A stretch of DNA of 64,000 nucleotides from a virus. Its lineage: Duplodnaviria; Caudoviricetes. Location: positions 1 through 64,000 of the IMG/VR virus record IMGVR_UViG_3300028603_000022; one strand, 5' to 3'. Under the pieces are notes generated by a model. The model made no database searches, was not told the DNA's origin, and saw nothing but the letters and a program-made list of their open reading frames with translations. The first letter of the stretch is position 1, and the number at the start of each line of letters is the position of its first letter. A program made the translations under genes and the position numbers. This document shows positions 1 through 8,330 of this stretch, one piece after another.

Positions 1-1283
1 GCTGGTCCAGCCGCGCTATCGCCTTCGACAAGGAACAGCTCCGTCTTGTCTCTAGGGGTCTTAGGGTTAACATCGGCTAATTTCGCTGACAGTTTCTTCT
101 TCTGGTTAGTTACATTTTTCAGAAGCTTCTTGTCCTTCAAGAAATCATCTGTTTTCTTACGAAGATCGATCGCTCGTTGGATAATCTTCTTGGCTAGAGA
201 CTTATTCTTCTTCCAAAATTCCGTAAGTTCTTTCAACGCTTCAGGGTATACAAGATCATATACTCTAGCGTCGATAAGCTGGTCTTTCCTTTGGTTTGAA
301 TACGCTGGAGCTGCTAGTTTTGCGTTAATGATACCTACTGCTCCATCAATCAGATCGGTAGGTTTGTAGTCTGCCTTCTTACCCGCATATGGCTTAAGAC
401 TCTTACTAACTGCGTCTATGATAGCTTTAACATGTCTACCGCCTTCCGCGTTCTTCAAACCATTCGTACAAGCGTACAAATCCACGTTTTCAGAATTAGC
501 AAAGGATAGGGCAACGTCAAAGAATACAGAATGATGAACAAACGTCTTACCAAGTGGCTCTAGTTTGTTTTCTTCCAATTTCTTAGTAATATAATCGTTT
601 ATACCCTTACTCTTGTAGGTAATGGTTTTACCTTTTTCATTTGTAAACTTGATATCCAGCTTGGATACTAGATAAGAGGTAATCTCACACCACTGCTTAA
701 CATCGGAAGTTTGAATTTTAGATTTCTTCTCAAAAAGAGACAAATCAGGCTGAAATCTAACAATCGTTCCAGGCTTTGTTTTTACACCATGAGGTAACTT
801 AGGAGGCTTCTTTTTAGTTACGTCTTTTGATAGTTTACCTTTTTTGTATTCTACAAACCACCAGGCACCTTTCTGGTACGTCCAGAATTGAGCTACTACA
901 GATAGAGCCGAAATTGTTTTTAGACCAATACCGTGACTACCGCGAGAGACTTGATCGGAGTCAAAGTTTGAACCGGCGTGGGTTAGTCCAGTAGCTGCGT
1001 AGAACTGTGACAAAGACTCTTTTCTACCACGCTCATCTTCGAACACCTTCTTAGCTACTGGAATGCCCGGCCCGTGGTCTACAACCCAATAAGTGTTTGG
1101 TTCTTTATCAAAAATGATATGACCGTACTTGTTTTCACCACGTATAGCAACGTCCGCGAAATTATCGGCAGCTTCGCGAAGGAGAGTAAACAATCCGTCA
1201 TCGTTGACGGGTCCAATATACATCGCGGGTTTAGCCCTAACACCGGCTAAACCCGCGTATCTTGTAATTTCCTTCTTTGTCAT
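1..1283 (-). CDS. Type II DNA topoisomerase large subunit (GyrB/ParE/gp39-like), 3' end outside window
   Basis: Not in the ORF track. Manual translation from the ATG at 1283 gives VRAKPAMYIG, EAADNFAD, DHGPGIP, RGSHGIGLK (GHKL ATPase) and LFLVEGDSA (TOPRIM) at the window edge. Confidence 0.93.
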   Translation of the reverse strand, partial: MTKKEITRYAGLAGVRAKPAMYIGPVNDDGLFTLLREAADNFADVAIRGENKYGHIIFDKEPNTYWVVDHGPGIPVAKKVFEDERGRKESLSQFYAATGLTHAGSNFDSDQVSRGSHGIGLKTISALSVVAQFWTYQKGAWWFVEYKKGKLSKDVTKKKPPKLPHGVKTKPGTIVRFQPDLSLFEKKSKIQTSDVKQWCEITSYLVSKLDIKFTNEKGKTITYKSKGINDYITKKLEENKLEPLGKTFVHHSVFFDVALSFANSENVDLYACTNGLKNAEGGRHVKAIIDAVSKSLKPYAGKKADYKPTDLIDGAVGIINAKLAAPAYSNQRKDQLIDARVYDLVYPEALKELTEFWKKNKSLAKKIIQRAIDLRKKTDDFLKDKKLLKNVTNQKKKLSAKLADVNPKTPRDKTELFLVEGDSAAGP

Positions 1284-1314
1284 AGTCAGCCTCTTAGTAA
1301 AATACCTCAAATAT

Positions 1315-1344
1315 AGTATATCACGTACTACGATTAGTCGTCAA
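1315..1344 (-). promoter_or_regulatory. Sigma70-like promoter for the topoisomerase II gene
   Basis: TTGACG-18nt-TATACT with a TGn extended -10, about 30 nt upstream of the ATG. Confidence 0.55.
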
Positions 1345-1378
1345 GCGGTAATTTAGAGTCAGTTATATAGGTTTATAC

Positions 1379-2776
1379 TCAATATGTAACCAAAGCTGTA
1401 GTAGGTCTTGTGCATGCCACGTATAGACAGCGTAAAGCCTCTCGCTTATTCTGATTAATCATAATATCTTTCTGATCCACGAACACGGTTTCATATGTAG
1501 AACCCTGTGCTCTATGAGCCGTAATAGCGTATCCGTATCGTACAGAATGAAATTTGTTCTTAGTATCCCAAAAGTCTTTCCAAAATTCTCTACGTTGTGA
1601 ATTTTTAGCGTTTCTAGCTAAGTCAGCTTTATAAGATAACACGCCTTGGAGCGTAGATTCATTCATAGGTATATCTAAAGTTAGAGTTTGCTCATCTTCA
1701 TCTATTAAGGTCAGTCTATAGGTATTAATTACTATTTCTTTGTTATCTACTTCTACAATTACAGAAGACGAATATACATCAGTAATTACATATTCATCAT
1801 CAATTGTAGCAATAATTTGCCCATATTTTTCAACAGGCTCAGCAATTAAAACTATGTCGCCTACTTCATATTTATTTTCAAACCCAAAATTATCTCTAAT
1901 CAACTGATTGTAAGCGTTGACAGTCTTATTACGCCAAGCTATTACTTTTGTTTCCATAAAATCCGCGGGATGCCTACATTCTTTTAGTAAATCGATCCAT
2001 TCTCTACGATTACGCTTAAGGAATACGCCCTCTCCATCATCGTTATCGTCTTCAATGGGAGAATAGTATTCTTTGTTAGATAAATTATCGCGTATTCTAG
2101 TAGCTAAAGAGAGTAATTGGTTATCGTACCTAATAACTTGCTTCATAAAGAACTTATTAGGCTTCTCTGCCATGTTCCAGGCTAGTGTTTTAGGTTCGCC
2201 TACTGGTGGTAATTGAGCAGGATCACCCACAAACATTACTTTACAGCGGGTTCTTTCCACTGTTTTCATTATGAATTGTAGAAGTTCTTTGTTAATCATA
2301 GATGCTTCGTCTACGACTATTACAGAATTTCTAGGGAAATACGGCGGGGTATCAGAAAACTCTAATTGAAGCTTGTCTTCTACCTGCTGCATTCGTATTC
2401 CCAACAGGGAATATATGGTTTTGGCTTCTGTTTTAGTGAATTTAGATAAAACTTTGGTGGCCTTGTTAGTAGGGGCAGTGAAATAAACTGTTCCCGTCTC
2501 TTTAGCTAGCAAGGAGAGTAGATAGGATTTCCCACTACCTGCGTAACCGCGTAGAACGAAATACGGTTCTGAATTAGTTAACCAGACCTTTATCTTGTTC
2601 CAAGCTTTTTGCTGATGTTCTGATAGTTTAAACGTAGATTCTACGTCTATAACGCTGTCTACCATTTTAGGTAGAGTGTATAATTCGTAATTTGAGGCGT
2701 AAGCTTCTATTCTTTCCCATGAAAGGCCCTTTCCCGGCACACCTAGTTGATCCAACTTATCAATTATGTCTTTCAT
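1379..2776 (-). CDS. Dda/RecD-like SF1B DNA helicase
   Basis: GYAGSGKS, APTNKA, DEASM, GDPAQLPPV, YAITAHRAQGSTY and LYVACTR motifs. Confidence 0.93.
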   Translation of the reverse strand: MKDIIDKLDQLGVPGKGLSWERIEAYASNYELYTLPKMVDSVIDVESTFKLSEHQQKAWNKIKVWLTNSEPYFVLRGYAGSGKSYLLSLLAKETGTVYFTAPTNKATKVLSKFTKTEAKTIYSLLGIRMQQVEDKLQLEFSDTPPYFPRNSVIVVDEASMINKELLQFIMKTVERTRCKVMFVGDPAQLPPVGEPKTLAWNMAEKPNKFFMKQVIRYDNQLLSLATRIRDNLSNKEYYSPIEDDNDDGEGVFLKRNRREWIDLLKECRHPADFMETKVIAWRNKTVNAYNQLIRDNFGFENKYEVGDIVLIAEPVEKYGQIIATIDDEYVITDVYSSSVIVEVDNKEIVINTYRLTLIDEDEQTLTLDIPMNESTLQGVLSYKADLARNAKNSQRREFWKDFWDTKNKFHSVRYGYAITAHRAQGSTYETVFVDQKDIMINQNKREALRCLYVACTRPTTALVTY

Positions 2777-2793
2777 GGTAAGAACCTTATCTA

Positions 2794-3396
2794 TTATCTA
2801 AATTCCTCTGGGATATATTTCATTATTTCTACTGCCGGACCATTAGGCTTTTGCTTCTTAAATGTACCATCCTTATTAAAACATAGACCAAAAGGAATAG
2901 TATCAAATTCTCCATTGGGATACACAATGATCGGACCTTTACCTGTATTGATATGGCGTGGTATATTAATGGCCTTAGCTTCATTAATACGATGAAGAGC
3001 TAATAGGTACTTACAGTACGTATTAAGTATACCTAAACACAGCTTATCAGTATTTAACATACCCGAATCATTCGGTAGAGAAGTAGAAAACGATATTTTT
3101 CTTCCAGACCGTAGATATAAAGCCGGATTATAAATTGGATATTCAGAAGATGTAGGAGTAGCTTCAAATTCAAGGTGCGACCAATGATACCACCAGTTCT
3201 TATTAGGGATTAAACTAATACAGAACCTAACATCGCGCCAAACAGGATGAACAAAAACATCCCATAAATCAAAATTAGGTAGTAACTTAATTAACCTATC
3301 TGAAAGGAATCGTGAATAAGTTTCATTTTCTACATCATCATGTAATAATTTGTAAGTAACGAATATTATGTCTTTAGCTACTGTTTTAGTTTCCAT
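2794..3396 (-). CDS. Hypothetical protein
   Basis: 200-aa ORF with GAGG RBS in the minus-strand operon. Confidence 0.7.
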   Translation of the reverse strand: METKTVAKDIIFVTYKLLHDDVENETYSRFLSDRLIKLLPNFDLWDVFVHPVWRDVRFCISLIPNKNWWYHWSHLEFEATPTSSEYPIYNPALYLRSGRKISFSTSLPNDSGMLNTDKLCLGILNTYCKYLLALHRINEAKAINIPRHINTGKGPIIVYPNGEFDTIPFGLCFNKDGTFKKQKPNGPAVEIMKYIPEEFR

Positions 3397-3421
3397 ATCA
3401 AATATCCTCTATTTAAATAGG

Positions 3422-3450
3422 AAAAGCCGGAATTGTTGAATCCGGCTTTT
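3422..3450 (-). terminator. Intrinsic terminator (bidirectional-type hairpin)
   Basis: AAAAGCCGGA...TCCGGCTTTT inverted repeat downstream of 3511..4017. Confidence 0.7.
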
Positions 3451-3510
3451 TATTACTCCATTATAGGAAATGGATAGTTTTTGTTGAGAACTATCAAACT
3501 CATTACTTAA

Positions 3511-4017
3511 TTAATCCTTCTTGGACTTCTTCTTTTTCTTCTTATCCGACTTTTCAGCCTTACCCTTCTTCGATTTCTTTTCCTTTTTGTCTGCCTTACC
3601 CTTCTTGGACTTCTTACCTTCCTTCTTCACCTTGACGCCGCGAACCTTCGCAACACGAGCAGCAGCCTTAGCTTCACGGCTGTCTTCATCAGCTTCGGTA
3701 TAGATAACAGTGGCGCCAGCTACCTTGTTGATAACAACATCACCAGCTTCTGACTCAAGAATAACCTTGTCACCCTTGACAGTCATCTTACCGACCATCT
3801 TGGTAATAGGGTCAGAAGACATAGCTACTACAAAACCAGCCTCACCTTCCATATGAGCGACTACCTCACTGGAAAGGAAACGAGCAGTCTTGGTTTTAAC
3901 CATACCGGGTTCACGATAGTCGATGGAAATCGAACCATCCTTATTGACAGAGACGTTACCAACAATACGCTGGGGAATCTGCTGTGATGCCATTACAGCA
4001 GCGATGACATTAGACAT
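3511..4017 (-). CDS. Hypothetical protein with Lys-rich basic C-terminal tail
   Basis: Beta-rich N-terminus; the last ~45 aa are mostly Lys; AAGGA RBS. Confidence 0.75.
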   Translation of the reverse strand: MSNVIAAVMASQQIPQRIVGNVSVNKDGSISIDYREPGMVKTKTARFLSSEVVAHMEGEAGFVVAMSSDPITKMVGKMTVKGDKVILESEAGDVVINKVAGATVIYTEADEDSREAKAAARVAKVRGVKVKKEGKKSKKGKADKKEKKSKKGKAEKSDKKKKKKSKKD

Positions 4018-4047
4018 TTTTAATATTCCTTATTGATATATGAACAA

Positions 4048-4073
4048 GAGGCTGGGTTACATAACCCAGCCTC
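4048..4073 (-). terminator. Hairpin/terminator after the acidic-basic protein gene
   Basis: GAGGCTGGGTTA..TAACCCAGCCTC perfect 12-bp stem. Confidence 0.65.
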
Positions 4074-4093
4074 CAAGTTAACAATATTGAAGA

Positions 4094-4543
4094 TTACTTC
4101 TTCTTCGGGCGTCCGCGCTTCGCAGGAGCCTTCTTACCACCCTTCTTAGTAGCCTTCTTAGGAGCTGCCTTCTTTGTGGTCTTCTTAGCGGCCTTCTTAG
4201 CAGCAGGCTTACGGCCACGCTTAGGCTTCTCGTCTTCGTCTTCGTCATCATCATCTTCATCCTCGTCTTCATCATCATCTTCATCATCTTCATCCTCGTC
4301 ATCTTCATCTTCATCCTCGTCATCTTCATCTTCATCATCTTCTAGATCATCAATATCATCGTCAATATCGTCGATGCCATCGTTATCATCATCGTCCTCA
4401 TCATCATTATCACCCGCTGCGCCTTCGGAAAGGGCGTTAAGTAGGGGGATAAGGCCGGAGACAATGCTTTCGTCTAGCTCATCAATAAGGGACTTGAGTT
4501 CGTTCTTCTTTGAAGACTTCTTAGCCATGTTGTATTTCTCCAT
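4094..4543 (-). CDS. Acidic-tract protein with histone H1-like/AT-hook basic tail
   Basis: ~60-aa D/E tract followed by KRGRKP...KKAPAKRGRPKKK. The start may be the ATG at 4528. Confidence 0.8.
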   Translation of the reverse strand: MEKYNMAKKSSKKNELKSLIDELDESIVSGLIPLLNALSEGAAGDNDDEDDDDNDGIDDIDDDIDDLEDDEDEDDEDEDEDDEDEDDEDDDEDEDEDDDDEDEDEKPKRGRKPAAKKAAKKTTKKAAPKKATKKGGKKAPAKRGRPKKK

Positions 4544-4612
4544 GCATGGTTTAGTTTAGTTCATGAACAACTAGGTGTGTAGTTAACCCACACTACCATC
4601 GTACACTATGTC

Positions 4613-4622
4613 TTTACGGTCA
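4613..4622 (-). promoter_or_regulatory. TGACCGTAAA phage promoter-like motif
   Basis: The same 10-mer recurs on the coding strand upstream of genes at 7855, 14674 and 20205; the core ACCGTAAA also occurs at 13832 and 23578. Confidence 0.55.
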
Positions 4623-4667
4623 GTCAACTAGGTATATTACACGTATTTACCTCCAAAAAGAGTTAAG

Positions 4668-4904
4668 TTACTGAGAGTTTGCGTGTTTCCATTTCATATG
4701 ATTACGGAAATACACAACCCAAAGAGTTATATTCAACGGAATCAGCCCCCAAGTACCTGAAGCTAATATCCATAACAACCATAACACTTGATTACATAAC
4801 CCTATTAGCCAAGCGTTACGATTCATATTACCCGCTAAAATTGTCATATAGATAGTAATAGCAGATAGAAACCATGGAAGATAATCTATAATTAGGTTTT
4901 TCAT
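4668..4904 (-). CDS. Small membrane protein, PnuC-like/PQ-loop-like
   Basis: Three short hydrophobic segments with the pattern AWLIGLCNQVLWLLW. Confidence 0.55.
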   Translation of the reverse strand: MKNLIIDYLPWFLSAITIYMTILAGNMNRNAWLIGLCNQVLWLLWILASGTWGLIPLNITLWVVYFRNHMKWKHANSQ

Positions 4905-6443
4905 CTAGATTTCTTCATAATCGGTATCGTCATCGTCGTCTTCGTCAGATTTGGTTTCTTTAGCAGAAGAATAGATAAGATCATCATTCTTAAGCTGTGT
5001 AAACAAAGATTCTCTAAGTTTAGGTTTGATGCTAATACCTAAGTCAGAAACCGCCTCACGAATAAGAGAATTATTATCTGTGTATTCTCCAATTACTAAC
5101 ATTTTCAATGTCAGATATGAGAATGGTTCACTATTATTTAAAACTTCGGCTCTTTTCTTACCGAAAGAGGGCTTAAGTTTAAATACTAGGTTTTTACCTT
5201 TCTTACCCTTCTTAGTAGTGCCTAGCTGTCCTGTAATTTTCAGGAACATATAAACGTCGAAAACAGGATCAATACCTCTAGGCTTACCCTTGTGATCGGA
5301 TACCCAAACACGGAATGGTGCTTTCAAGCCTGGATTACCAAACTTATTCTTAACGTTTTTGATTTCTTTGTAAGAGTAACGATCGCTACCGCTACCTTCT
5401 ACAGATTTTTCAATACCAAATTGGGAATTATCTTTATCGTAATCAAACTTACCATACTTATTAGCGGATGACGAAGATCGATTATAAGCCCTAGCTCTCT
5501 GGTCGCTAAAGTAGCGTAAAGAATTTCCCATTTTTTCGTATTGCTGCGCGTCTGGCCCGCCGTACTGTGTTCTAACATGTGAACCTAGATGATTTGTACC
5601 TAGAATAACAATCTTCTTTTCTAGCGAATCTACTTTCACACGCTTCAAATGCTTTGCAAAAGCAGCTGCTTCCATAGCACTACGAGTTGATCCAGTATCT
5701 TCCTTATCTTCTTCTTCTCTAGTTAACAGAGACGCAAAAGAATCTACAGAGAATAAGCCTTCTGGCTTGGAGTTTTCTGTAGGAACAACGTAGTGGGCAC
5801 CGCCAGAAAGAGCCTTAGAAGGCTTCATTTCCATTACTTCCATAAGCTTCTTAAAATATTCATCCCGCTTTGGGAAGAAGTAACACCATGAATTAGCGTC
5901 GGACACCCAATTCTTATCGGGCATCATTTTCAATGCCTTCTTCAAGTAATCAAACATACGTTCAATAACTTGGTCTCGGTAATAGTAAAAACCGTCTTCT
6001 CTACCTTTCTTGGATAGAAGATGTTTCAAGTCTAGTCCGAAAGGCTTCCAAATATTTTCTGTATACTTAGGGGAGATAGCGCCTTCAGCGTCATAAAACC
6101 CTACAAAAGGTAGGTCAAGCTTAGCTTTAGCTACAGCTAGAGTATGGTAACATATACTGGTTTTCGCTGTCCCTTCTTCACCAGCTATAGAAACAAGTCC
6201 AATAAATCCACCACCAAAAATATAATCTACAGTTAAAATACCAGATGAAAGACGTTCCGGCTCGATAACTGAATTAGATACTAGTTGAAGGTCTTTTTCA
6301 ACCGTTTCTAATTGTTTAGCGTAGAAAGCAGCTCGTACTTTATTAATGTCAATTAAACCTGTTTTAGCTTCCTTAACCTTTGTCTTCGTTTCTTTTTTGG
6401 TTTTCTTTTTAATTTTATCAGACTTGGACGACTTCTTAGCCAT
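4905..6443 (-). CDS. RecA/UvsX-like recombinase
   Basis: SSGILTVD, Walker A GEEGTAKT, DAEG, VDSFASL, GNSLRYF and KNKFG motifs. Confidence 0.88.
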   Translation of the reverse strand: MAKKSSKSDKIKKKTKKETKTKVKEAKTGLIDINKVRAAFYAKQLETVEKDLQLVSNSVIEPERLSSGILTVDYIFGGGFIGLVSIAGEEGTAKTSICYHTLAVAKAKLDLPFVGFYDAEGAISPKYTENIWKPFGLDLKHLLSKKGREDGFYYYRDQVIERMFDYLKKALKMMPDKNWVSDANSWCYFFPKRDEYFKKLMEVMEMKPSKALSGGAHYVVPTENSKPEGLFSVDSFASLLTREEEDKEDTGSTRSAMEAAAFAKHLKRVKVDSLEKKIVILGTNHLGSHVRTQYGGPDAQQYEKMGNSLRYFSDQRARAYNRSSSSANKYGKFDYDKDNSQFGIEKSVEGSGSDRYSYKEIKNVKNKFGNPGLKAPFRVWVSDHKGKPRGIDPVFDVYMFLKITGQLGTTKKGKKGKNLVFKLKPSFGKKRAEVLNNSEPFSYLTLKMLVIGEYTDNNSLIREAVSDLGISIKPKLRESLFTQLKNDDLIYSSAKETKSDEDDDDDTDYEEI

Positions 6444-6467
6444 GAAATATCCTAACTAAAAGTAGTT

Positions 6468-6491
6468 AGGAGGCGCTTTTACACGCCTCCT
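6468..6491 (-). terminator. Hairpin/terminator after the SSB gene
   Basis: AGGAGGCG...CGCCTCCT inverted repeat. Confidence 0.55.
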
Positions 6492-6521
6492 GTTTTTAAT
6501 ATAAACTAAGTATGAACGAGT

Positions 6522-7811
6522 TTAATCGTCGTCCCAATCAGCATCGTCATCCTCATCGTCATCATCATCCTCGTCTTTTGAACGCTTCTTGGACTTAGAT
6601 TTAGACTTTTTATCTTTCTTAGAAGACTTTTTAGACTTTTTCTTTCTGGGCTCGTCGTCTTCATCATCTTCATCTTCATCGGAATCCCAGCTGTCGTCGT
6701 CTTCTTCATCATCGTCATCATCATCCTCGTCTTTTGAACGCTTCTTGGACTTCTTGGAAGACTTCTTATCCTTGCTCTTCTTTTTACTAGACTTCTCGTC
6801 CTCATCATCTTCGTCCTCGTCATCCTCATCTTCATCTTCATCATCTTCGTCGTCTTCTTCTTCCTCGTCTTCCCAATCATCGCTCTTTGATTTCTTGGAA
6901 GACTTCTTACCCTTCTTCTTACTAGGACGCTCATCCTCGTCGTCCTCATCTTCATCCTCATCGCCTTCATAGTCTTCTTCTTCATCATCTTCGTCTTTTG
7001 AACGCTTTTTAGAAGAACCTTCTGCAGCATCCATACGTTTCTTGAAAGATTCCGCTTCTTTCTTAGCTACTTTAAATTCTTCTGGTTTTTCAATATCAAT
7101 ATCCCAAAGCAGATATTCCATTTCTTCTTCGGTTAGTTCAGTACGTTCATCCTTAACGCACGAATACTTCTCCGAAGGATTCTTCTTTGAGTTATCAAAT
7201 TTTACGTTGAGATCGAACCCATATTTCTCATGATTAGGGTTGTAGACAACTACCTTACCCTTTTTATTCTTTCTCTTATTAAGAGAGGTATAATCTGAAA
7301 TCTTAGTACCGATTGAGGCTGTAATACGCCAAAATCGAACAGGAGTAAGCTTCTTTGAAGACTTACTATCCGCCACGTGCCATTCTCCGCCACCAATAGA
7401 GAACTCTTTCTTCTTGTTCTCCTTCTTGGAATAATTCTTCTTAGCCTTCTTTAGATTGAAGTCTTCAGCCAATTCACGATCAATACCATTGGAATGGACT
7501 TCGATCTTCAATGGGTCAGGATCAATTCGACAGTAAGGACACTTCTTTTCATTATCTTCTTCCATTTCTCCCGTCTTGGAATTGAAAGCCAGACAAACCT
7601 TTGGAATACGAACCTGCTGTTTGAACTTGTTCATAACAGGTGTACCATCCTGCTTGAACACTGGAATCATATGATAGCCGACTCGTTTAGAAGGTCCAAT
7701 CATACGAACAAGCTTGAAGTCTTCCCCATCAGGAAGTTCAAGAAGTTCTACCTTATCTTTGAGCATAGGTGCTCTTTGATTGTTATTGAACTTTGTGTTA
7801 GCCCAATCCAA
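6522..7811 (-). CDS. Single-stranded DNA-binding protein (gp32-like) with ~165-aa acidic/basic repeat tail
   Basis: VRM/H/C..CPYC zinc pattern and GFDLNVK as in gp32-like SSBs; lies next to RecA; TTG start with AGGAG RBS. Confidence 0.7.
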   Translation of the reverse strand: MDWANTKFNNNQRAPMLKDKVELLELPDGEDFKLVRMIGPSKRVGYHMIPVFKQDGTPVMNKFKQQVRIPKVCLAFNSKTGEMEEDNEKKCPYCRIDPDPLKIEVHSNGIDRELAEDFNLKKAKKNYSKKENKKKEFSIGGGEWHVADSKSSKKLTPVRFWRITASIGTKISDYTSLNKRKNKKGKVVVYNPNHEKYGFDLNVKFDNSKKNPSEKYSCVKDERTELTEEEMEYLLWDIDIEKPEEFKVAKKEAESFKKRMDAAEGSSKKRSKDEDDEEEDYEGDEDEDEDDEDERPSKKKGKKSSKKSKSDDWEDEEEEDDEDDEDEDEDDEDEDDEDEKSSKKKSKDKKSSKKSKKRSKDEDDDDDDEEDDDSWDSDEDEDDEDDEPRKKKSKKSSKKDKKSKSKSKKRSKDEDDDDDEDDDADWDDD

Positions 7812-7854
7812 CGCACTTCTCCTTGTTTGTATACAGAGTTATCTTCTATTGTAT

Positions 7855-7864
7855 TTTACGGTCA
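7855..7864 (-). promoter_or_regulatory. TGACCGTAAA phage promoter-like motif
   Basis: About 44 nt upstream of the SSB start. Confidence 0.55.
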
Positions 7865-8329
7865 AATTTCTACAGAATAAGTACTATCGCTTACCGAAAG
7901 AGACCTATCGTATCCATCACTAAGTTGATCGAATACAAATTTAGCTAGTCCTTCCATAGTAGCGGTATAGATATTACTATTTAATACAGTAATTTTATAA
8001 GCGTTAATTGTATCAGGTGGCAATGTATCTCCTAATAGGGTATAAGCTTTTTCCATAGCTCTTATTTCATTGAGCATATTATGTACGGTATTACCTGTTT
8101 TAGGTTCAAGTAAGTGAATTAGATACGGATCATCATGTTGGATAACAATTCGATCGTCAATTAGCGATATAGCAGAATTTAATTGTTTACCGAGAATAGT
8201 AAGATCAATAGGCGTAGAATCTACATGATTCATTTTGAATGTTAGATTCTTTACGTCGATCTTACCTTTTGAATAAGCTCTATTAAATAGAGAGACTGTA
8301 GCTGTAGCGGTGACAGAAAACTGAAACAT
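7862..8329 (-). CDS. Degenerate QueD/PTPS (T-fold)-like protein
   Basis: LIDDRIVIQHDDPYL, TATMEGLAKFVFDQL and LSVSDS echo QueD segments (DH..l..dDP, pTaEnlA, v.V.Et), but the Zn-binding His/Cys residues are absent. Confidence 0.4.
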   Translation of the reverse strand: MFQFSVTATATVSLFNRAYSKGKIDVKNLTFKMNHVDSTPIDLTILGKQLNSAISLIDDRIVIQHDDPYLIHLLEPKTGNTVHNMLNEIRAMEKAYTLLGDTLPPDTINAYKITVLNSNIYTATMEGLAKFVFDQLSDGYDRSLSVSDSTYSVEI

Positions 8330-8330
8330 G

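Noticed and set aside
4078-7233. Poly-Ser/Phe and Met/Lys/Thr-rich ORFs (4078, 4176, 6506, 6589, 7042)
   Set aside because: Antisense or alternate-frame shadows of the D/E/K low-complexity codons.
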